From contig NC_058383.1 in assembly GCF_018350175.1 (NCBI RefSeq), positions 17,858,001 through 17,918,000 of the forward strand: 60,000 bases of DNA, in the 5' to 3' direction. Under the pieces are notes generated by a model. That model was not told the DNA's origin. It worked only from the letters and a program-made list of their open reading frames with translations, and ran no database searches. Both the position numbers and the translations under genes were made by a program. This document shows positions 51,179 to 60,000 of the stretch, piece after piece. Every line of letters begins with the position of its first letter. Within the stretch, counting starts at the first letter, position 1. This DNA is from Felis catus. Lineage: Eukaryota.

Positions 51179-52280
51179 ACTAAGAGCCTACTAACTACAA
51201 CAATTAATCAATTTAAAAAATTCAATCCGTTTTTCTCTTGCCCAAAGCTCTTACATCGCTTCCATAAAATCCCTGCTATGTATCTCCAACTTCATCTCAT
51301 GGCACTCTCCCTCCCTCTCTCACTAAACTCTAGCCCATTAGCCTTTCTGTGTCAGTCCAAACAAATCAAGTTCCTTTTTATTTGCAGTTCCCTCTGTCTG
51401 GAACCTCACCTCTCAGGCTTACCTCATAAAATAAATAAAATAAAACCTCAGAAAAGCTTTCTCTGACATCAACCAACACCTGGCTACTCTCCAACTCATC
51501 ACCTTGTTTATTGGCTTCATAGCTCCCAACCTAATGTGTAATTATGTGTAATTATCTTGAGAATGTGTTCGTTTACTTTGTAAGTGTCCCTTTTTGCCAG
51601 TATGTGAGCTCCACGATGGCAGGGGATATTCTGTATCCCCAGTACCTAGATCACTGTCTGGTCCGTAGTCAGTGCTCAGAATATATTGAATAAATGAATG
51701 AGTGAGTGAGTAAGGGGTACACACTGGGGACCCTAGCACACTCCATGTCCACACTTTCCTTGCTCTTGGTGTCTCCTAGTGGTGGAGGCTGGTACCACCA
51801 CGCTCTTAAGACCAGGTTTTGGAGGACGAATTCAGACTTTAGTTCTGTTTGTTCTCACACACAGCTCTTCCAACAGGTTGGAGTGGGCGGTACAAAAGGA
51901 GGAAACTGATTGGGTGCTTCCCTGGCCTGAGTTCTCTCAGTTAACCTAGAAAGGGTTAGGGGTGGAGAGCAAGATAGGCATCCAACTTCTCCTTGGGGAG
52001 GAGCTGGGCAGCAGGTGGGGTGGGGGACAGGGCCTTGGAGAGAAATCATAACGGAATCACAGGTACAGAGGTAAGGAAGAAAAGAAAAGAGGTATGGAAG
52101 AAAAGAGAAAGGAAACCAAAGCAAAAAAAAAAAAAAAAAAAAGGAGAGGAAGTTGAAGCTAGAAGAAAAGAAAGAAGATGAAAAGATAGGACAGAAGGGC
52201 AGAAGAAAAGGCAAGGTGACCTCAGCACACACCAAGCATATGGAGCTGCCTCTTTTACTCCCTTGCAGGGGGGTAGGGAG

Positions 52281-52504
52281 ACTACCTTCACCTGCTAAGA
52301 AGCGCTGGGGCGGGGTGGTGCTGGTGAATTTCAGCCTTCACCTTCCTGGGTGATCTCAGATAAGTCTCTGGGCCTCAGTCTCTTCACCTGTAAAATAGGC
52401 ATAGCCATATCCACCTACAGCGAGGAAGTCATGGAGGGGATCCCATAAGACGTGCTCCTGTGAATTAGTGTTTATTAGATCTATTCAAGTACCAGGTCCT
52501 GGAG
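52281..52504 (+). repeat. Direct repeat copy 2
   Basis: Offset 1326 bp from copy 1. Confidence 0.9.
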
Positions 52505-55500
52505 AAATAAAAGCCTGACAATGCTTCTGTTCTCCAGGAGACTCAGTCTAAAAGGAGATCTAGAACAGGGACATCCATCACCCCAAAATCAATTGAACTC
52601 ATTACCCTTAGAGCAGGAGTCACATGCTCTACCAACTGAACCAGCCAGATGCTCCAGGAAGGACTTCTGAAGGTGGTGGGGATTCCTTGGCCTAAATGGG
52701 CTAGTCTACAGGTTTCTCAAAGCCTCTGTCATGACTCCCCGCTGAAAATTTTAATAAGAGCAAATACTTATAGCAGCACCATTTCTGCCACCCCCCCCAG
52801 TTCAAAACCAACAAGGTCTATGGCTCTACTTCCAATAAGAACAGCACTGCGGTACAGACAAAAAACCACATTGTCCCTCTCCTCCCGGCACACACGTGAA
52901 GGGTCCTTGGAGGCCCCCTAGGCCAGAGCCCCATTACATAGGTAGAGAAATCGAAGCTCAGAGAAGAGAAACAATCTTCCCAATCACTTGACTCTTGGTT
53001 TGCCATGATACTCTATTGTCTCTGGGACCTCAGTAGTCCAGGTTCCCCCACCCCAACACCACCATGGGTCTCTGCTATTTTGTTCTCCAGTCACTGTCAT
53101 CTCCTCCACTCCAGGGTTTCTCAAAAGCCTTACTGGGACCAGTTGCACCGGCTTGGCTGTAGTGGGGAAGGCGGCCAAACTCTTGAGTAGCAGAAGGGAG
53201 GCGTGTGCATGTGAATGCTTGCTTGTCCCAGCCTGCCCATCCTGTCATCAAACATTTATTGGCCTACACTGAGAAAACACCTTTGGTTTGAAGACTAGGG
53301 CACCCAGTCCCTGGAGAGATAGGCTCATGAAAGGCTAATCACAAACATGAACCAAAAGCCAAGACCACGCACACTGAGGCCCTGATGAAAGCAGGGAGGT
53401 TGGGTTGCTAAGATGTGTCGGAGGAGAATGGAGAAAGGTGAATTAACATGGGGGTGAGGGTGCAGAAAGAGTTTGGATGAGGGGTCCAGATCAGGGGACC
53501 AATCATATGTTCACGTCTGTTCCCTCTCCTGCGTGAGGGCCTTCCCCACCCCTCCAACACTGTGCCTCCCACAAAAAGTGCCTCCTCCTTCCTGTCAACC
53601 ACCAAGGACCATCTGACCTGTGAGCTCTGGTCCCTGATTCTTCAAAAATCTGAGATGCAGAGGACCCCTGAGAAAGCTATGTTTTATATTCCAGTAAAAG
53701 ACTTTGGGTTCTTGTGCAGAGAAGCTTAGCGAACATCAGGGTAGGTGCTAGGGAAGGTACTTTCAGTTCCCAGGTCCATAGGCAGCTCAATGTTCTGAAC
53801 TTCAGACCTGTATGGCCACCTGCCTACTGGACATCATCCCGATGTTCTAGAGCCATCTTGACCCGAACATGCTCCAAACTGATTTCATTATCTTCCTTTC
53901 CACCCCAACTCCTGGGTCTTCTGTGTCCTCATTCCAGCAAACGGCAAAACTAACCATCTATTTACTCAAGCCAGAAACCCAGGAGTAACCCAGAACTTCC
54001 TCTTTCCTCCCAGCTCCCATATCCAACTTCTGTGTTGCCTCATCAGCAACTTCTGTGCTCTCATCTTATCCAGCGGCTTAGTAGCATCCAAATCAGATAT
54101 TTACTTATTCTGGAACACTCTCCTCTCTTAGCCTCCCTAACACCACACTCTCTTGATTTTCCTCCTGTCTCACCTGCTTTTTCTCTTTTGCCCAACTGCT
54201 AAATGCAGAAGTACCCCAAATCTCAGTCTTGTCTATCTAGACTCTTGTATTAATTATTCCTCTTCAGGCCCATGACTTTAAGTGCTATCTAATGACTGAG
54301 ACTACCAAATCTGAGTCTGAGCCCTGATCTCTCCTCTAAAATTTAGGCTCACAAATCCACCTGTCAAATTGATATGCAGCTTCACCTTGCTTTGCTTTAA
54401 ACCAAACTCCTGATGCCACATGTGTTCCTTACCTTCCTCATCCCAGTATGAGTCACCGTCCATCCACCATGTTGCTCAACACTCAAAACCTGTAAGCCAC
54501 ACTTGACTCTACCCTTTCTCCCATGCCTCTTAATTCAAAATCAACAAAGACTATAGATCTACCTCCAAAAATATCTCCCCAATACATCCACTTCTCTCCA
54601 TCTTGACTCACCATCAACCTGGCCCAGAGTCAACATCATATAACCCCCCTGCCAAAACCCTCCAAACGGTTTCCATAATACTTAAAATTCCAAATCAAAT
54701 ATAGGATAAAATTCATGGTTGGTTGATCTGATCTAGCCTCTTGTCATTTCCCTAATACCATATCCAACCACTCTTCCTTGCTCACCACATTCCTGCTACA
54801 CTGGAATTCTTTTTGTCTTTAGAACATGCAAAGATTTTTCTGCTTTAAGCATTGGTGTTCCCTCTATCTAGAACTCTATTCCCCTTGATTTTTACTCAGA
54901 TTAAAAGTCACTTTCTTAATGACAAGTAACAGAAAACCCAACTAAAAGTGGCCTGATTAATAAAATGATTTATTTTCTTATATAACCAGCATCCTGAATT
55001 AGGACTTTTCTGGAACTTGTAAAAATAAGTGTCCCCACAATTTTATCAAGGATCCGGGTCCTTTCTATCTTCCTATCTGCCAATCCCCGTTTGTGGGCTA
55101 GCTCTCCACACAAAGATTCCTTCACATACTAACATCTAAAGGCAGAAACATCCTGTGCTTTTTTAAACAAAAGAACTGAGAATCTTTCCCAGGAGTCTCC
55201 AGCAGACTTGCTCTAACTTCTCATTGTCAAGATCTAGGCCACATGCTCACCCGTAAACTGATCAGGCCAGGGCAATGGGACATGATCAATCAAGTAGAGG
55301 AGGGTGAACCCGAGAATAAAACCACAGTTGTGCAAGCATGGAGAAGGGGAAAGTGAAATTGAGCTGGTAACCAACAGCGCAATCTGAAGTTACTCCCACT
55401 TCCATAGTGTTTAAATACTTTTCTTATTTTTTTAATAGCTTTTAAAAATGTTTTTATTTATTTTTGAGACAGAGAGAGGCAGAGCATGAGCAGGGGAGGG

Positions 55501-56179
55501 GCAGAAAGAGAGGGAGACACAGAATCTGAAGCAGGCTCCAGGCTCTGAGCTGTCAGCACAGAGCCGGATGCCGGGCTCGAACTCACGGACTGTGAGCTGA
55601 AGTCGGACTTTTAACTGACTGAGCCACCCAGGCGTCCCAATACTTTTATTTTTCATAGTACTTATCATGTGAGGCAATATAGTGTAGAGGTTAATAAAAC
55701 AGACTCTAAAACCAAATTGCCTAGATTTGGAACCTGGCTACCACATTATTAGCTGCGGAGTTAAATTACTCCATTTCTCCGGGCACCTGGGTGGCTCAGT
55801 GGGTTAAGCCTGGGACTCTTAATTTCGTTTCAGGTCACAATCTCACGGTTAATAGGTTTGAGTCCTGGATGGGACTCTGCACTGTCAGTGTGCGGAGCCT
55901 GCTTGGGATTCTCTGTCTCCTCTGTCTCTCTGCCCCTCCCCTGTTTGTGCTCTTTCTCAAAAATAAACTTTAAAAAATTACTTAATTTCTCAGTTTCTTT
56001 ACCTGTAAAATGGGGATGACGATGCTATTACCTTATAAGGTTGTTATGAAGATTAAATATGTAAAATGCTTAGAACGGCTACCCTACCTAGTTCCTGTAT
56101 CCTGGTGACATTCTTGTATCCTTATAATAAATTTCCCTTTCTTGTTTAAACTCTCCATTTCTGGGGTTTTCCCTGGGCG

Positions 56180-56510
56180 TCCCAGCCTCATCTCGGTCCC
56201 ATCCTTTCTCTTTGGCGCCATCTGGCGCCCACGAGAGAAATGATGCGCCTGCGCTCTCCTCGCCTTCTGACCGTTGTCTCTTCCCGGGCAAATCTGGTCC
56301 CTATACCTTTAAGATGCCAGGCCAAGTCGCAGGAATCTAGGGACTGGGGCAAGAGGCGAGTGTAAACTCCACACAAGTAATTGGTCTTTCCCGTGGCTCC
56401 GCCCCGGGAAGTAGTCGTGAACGCCTGTGATTGGTCGGGGGTCCTGGAGGCAGGTTCTGAGCTTGGCGCGGTGTTTTCCAGCGCATCCCGGCTGCTGTGT
56501 GGTGGGTGGC
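56180..56510 (+). promoter_or_regulatory. DCTPP1: DCTPP1 CpG-rich promoter / 5'UTR
   Basis: E2F-like TTTGGCGCCA 56211-56220, GC box CTCCGCCCC 56397, ETS GGAAGT about 56407, ATTGG at 56380 and 56430. Confidence 0.6.
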
Positions 56511-56611
56511 ATGTCTCGGCCAAATGGGGTCGCGCGTGGGGACACGGGGGGAGACGGCACTGCTGCTGCCGGCCCCTTCAGCTTCAGCCCGGAGCCCACG
56601 CTTGAGGACAT
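56511..56611 (+). CDS. DCTPP1: dCTP pyrophosphatase 1 exon 1 (MSRPNGVARGDTGGDGTAAAGPFSFSPEPTLED)
   Basis: ATG, 101 nt, gtaagc donor. Confidence 0.93.
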
Positions 56612-57250
56612 GTAAGCCGTCCTTGCCCCAGCCTGGGGAGGTCTCCCCCTTTTTCCCTCCTATTGGGACGGGTCACTCCACGTGGTCTGGAAGAAGGCTA
56701 TGCTGGGGGGCCCAGCTCGGCTGGCTGTCCTGGGCGAGCCATGTTAACCTCCTTATCTGCGAAATGGGCTTAGTGATGCACACCTGAGGCAGGGGGAAAT
56801 GGTGATGCCTGGTGAGTGATACTAGAACCAGCCTTGGGGAAATATGGCTATTCCGGCCCCTACCCTCCAGGAGTGGGTGGTAGGATGGGGGCAAAAGCAG
56901 TGCTGAGAGGTGGGTGACATTATTTTTTACTAGAGGAAATCAAGGAGGGCTTCTTAGGGGAAATGTTCCTAGAGCTGCACTTTGTAAAATCAGCGGAAGC
57001 AGCATCAAGAGGTGGAATAATGGAAAAGACAGTATTGTTAGGTTTTGATAGAGTTCAGGGTCTGAGTAGGGCGCACCCACTTTAGAGATGCAGAGTCCAA
57101 GTCCCATAGAGAAGAAACGGTTTGCTTAAGGCCATCCAAAGAATTAGGTGCGGAACTAATGCCCCCACTAGGTATCACCGAGATACCTGCCTGGTCGTCC
57201 GCATTGTCTAACCCTGGGACCTGGGCTTCTACTCCTTTCTTCTGTTCCAG

Positions 57251-57361
57251 CCGCCGCCTCCATGCTGAATTTGCTGCTGAACGAGACTGGGGCCAGTTCC
57301 ACCAGCCTCGGAACCTCCTACTGGCCTTGGTGGGGGAAGTGGGGGAGCTGGCAGAGCTCTT
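57251..57361 (+). CDS. DCTPP1: DCTPP1 exon 2 (RRLHAEFAAERDWGQFHQPRNLLLALVGEVGELAEL)
   Basis: AG/GT bounded, 111 nt, MazG-like ExxE motif. Confidence 0.95.
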
Positions 57362-59328
57362 GTGAGTAGATGGAAGTCTTTTTGGAAGAGTCTGTGTTGT
57401 GGGGGAGGGGGACATTTATCTGATCATTAAATATCCATGCCAGGCTGTGTCTGGGGATACAGAAATGACTCACCTGTCCCTGCCCTCTTGGGGCATCCAT
57501 TCTTCTGGGCAAGAAAGGTGTGGAAACAGCAAGGCAGGTCCAGGTCTTAAGAAGGGATGGTGACAGCCTACCTTGACCTCTGCCTCTGGGGTGGAAAGGA
57601 GAGTATTCTTTAGGAGACCTGCCTGTGGCCTTCCAGACCGAAGAATCCTTTCCCAAGGTAGTGAGTGGGAAAGGGCAAGTTAAATTAAGGGAATTTTTTG
57701 TTTTGTTGTTGTTGTTTTAAAAGAGAGCTCAAGCAGGGGAGAGGGGCAGAGGAGGAGACAGAGAGAGAGAGGGGGAAAGGGAGAGGGAGAGTCTTAAGCA
57801 GGCTCCATGCTCAGTGCAGAGTTGGACACAGGGATTGATTCCACGACCCTTGGATCATGACCTGAGCCAATCAAGAGTCAGATGCTCAACTGACTGAACC
57901 ACCCAGGCACCCCATTCAGGAAGATCCTGAGACTCCTCCAGGGTAAGCTTTTCAAGAGAGAGCAGGATTTTGTATCTGTTTCGTTGTCTAGTATGTCCCG
58001 AGTGCCTCACACATAACAGAATGAGTGGCGGGCCGTGGAAGAGAGAGGTGGTGTATGAACCCAGAGTGACAAAGTTGGAGTTAGGAAGTGATGGAATTTG
58101 AACAGAAGACCTGACAGATTTGATGGGTAGAAAGATCACTGTGTCTGCAGGGTGGATTGGGTCACCAAGAGAATCAGGGCAGGGGAGACCTGTGAGGAGG
58201 CTGATACAGATCCGTCAAAGAGGTGGGAAGGCCTAAATCAAGGCCTGAACTTTGGGAATGGAGAAACAAGAGCACAGAGATGTAAGGGCAAACCATTCAT
58301 TTATTGCGGTTTTGTGAGCATCAGCTATGTGCTAGGTCTTCTAGAATTAAGAGATATAGCCTTCAACAAGATAGACATGGTTCCTGGGGTGCCTGGGTGC
58401 CTCAATCAGTGGAGCATGCAACTCTTGATCTCAGGGTTGTGAGTTCAAGCCCAATGTTGGATATAGAGATGACTTAAAATCTTGGGGATTAACAACAACA
58501 ACAAAAAAAATAGATATGGTTCCCGTCTTCAGAGTGCAAGGAGACTAACGATAAATAAGCAAACTAATTTTAAAAGACCAGGAATTGTGATAAAGTTCTA
58601 TGGGGAAAACAACCCAAAGTGATGAAAAAGAAAGTAACAAGGAGAAGGCTTTTCTGAGCAGATGACATCTGTGCTGAGACCTCAGGAAGGAGCCAGCCAC
58701 AGGAAGGATCTGGTGGGGGAGCAGGGAGAAGAGCATTTAACGCAGAGGAGGCAGTAAGTGCAAAGGCCCTGTGACAGTATGGCCGGTTTGCCAGACAGGA
58801 CAGGCCAGAGTGGCTTTAGGTGGGGGGCAGGAGGGAGAGTGGTGGATAATGACTTTGGAAGAGGCAGGAGACAGCTCATACAGGATCTAAAGGGCATGGT
58901 CAGGCGTTTGGATTTTATTTTAAGCCCGGTTGGAGGAAATTGTAGCAGGGGAGGGACAAAGTGTAATTTCTGCTTATGAAAGATGGTACTGAGCAAGAGT
59001 AGAAGATGAGCTAGCAAGCTTTCGCAGGTCTGAGAATGAGTCTGGAGTGGCAGTGGCTAGGGCTGGAGAGAGTACAATTGGGTCTTAGCAAGTGAAATGT
59101 TCTCTTGACCACTCTTTGGCTCGGGTTGGGGCACACAGGTCTGGATGAGTCATCTGTCGGGGTCTCTTCCCCACCCTGACTCTGCCTAGGGTGCAGGTGG
59201 GTTGAGTTGTCCTTGAAGGAACTTCCTAAGAGGTGGGCCTTCCTTGCTGCAAGGACTAGGCTGCTCCCAAGAGAGGCGGAGCCTGTGGTCTTAGCATCTG
59301 TGTTTGTGCCTGTGTGTTCTGCCTCCAG

Positions 59329-59629
59329 TCAGTGGAAACCTGATGAGGAGCCTGGCCCCCAAGCCTGGCCCCCCAGGGAACGGGCAGCCCTTCAAGAGGA
59401 GCTTAGTGATGTCCTCATCTACCTGGTGGCACTAGCAGCACGCTGCCATGTGGATCTGCCCCAAGCGGTGCTCTCCAAGATGGACATCAACCGGCAGCGC
59501 TACCCAGCACATCTGTCCCGTGGCTCTGCCCTCAAGTATACAGACTTACCCCATGGGGCCACCTCTGAAGACCAAGCTGGGGGGCCTGCAGACCTTGCCT
59601 GTGAGTCCACAGGCCAGGCCTCAACCTAG
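59329..59629 (+). CDS. DCTPP1: DCTPP1 exon 3 (QWKPDEEPGPQ...LQEELSDVLIYL...ESTGQAST*)
   Basis: AG acceptor, 301 nt; spliced CDS 513 nt = 170 aa. Confidence 0.95.
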
Positions 59630-59801
59630 AACCATGCGCACAGGACCTGCAACTTGGCATGGCATCTGAGAAGCAGAGAGTGGCCTGGTCACGGAAATTT
59701 TTCTAGTCCTTTCTTAATAGGTCATGGGCCAAGGGGCCCTACTTCCTAAGGTCTGAGGCCCGAGAACCTCCAGAAGACAGCCTCCTGGAATTTTCTCTCT
59801 C

Positions 59802-59807
59802 AATAAA
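59802..59807 (+). terminator. DCTPP1: DCTPP1 polyadenylation signal
   Basis: AATAAA about 170 nt after the stop. Confidence 0.75.
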
Positions 59808-60000
59808 AGTTTTGGTTAGCAACTTCTAGATTCTTTCTGGAATAACTGGGAAGGCTCTATCCCAGCAAGTACTGGAGAAGGGCACCAGGGATGTCTCTGA
59901 GCCCAGCTCCCATGTTTCTTTAGTGTACCTCCCACCTGTAGGGCAGAAAGATCTGCTTTCTACCAAGATCACTGATGTCATGCAATTCCCTGACCCCGTC

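Overview
Mammalian genomic DNA, almost certainly a felid (dense feline-type CAN-SINEs, carnivore L1 3' ends), syntenic to human 16p11.2. Three real genes: (1) ITGAL (integrin alpha-L/CD11a) on the minus strand, coding exons 1-20 from 28176 down to 186, continuing off the left edge; (2) SEPHS2, an intronless selenoprotein gene on the plus strand (46349-47707), which the ORF track splits at its in-frame Sec UGA (46538-46540), with an SRE hairpin and a 3'UTR SECIS; (3) DCTPP1, 3 coding exons on the plus strand (56511-59629). ITGAL introns carry an RPS27 retrocopy with an intact ORF, a decayed ZNF32 retrocopy and a tailless 5S rRNA retropseudogene. The most interesting unexplained signals: the SEPHS2 terminal stop is also a UGA upstream of the SECIS and is followed by a 35-codon open extension; a series of exon-like segments at about 30.2-37.0 kb may be the remnant of an EGF/transmembrane/Tyr-motif gene divergent from ITGAL; an 8x33-bp minisatellite sits inside a SINE head; and a duplicated segment has a 143-bp perfectly identical core inside diverged flanks. 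Comparisons to human/mammalian reference sequences are from memory, not from a database search.
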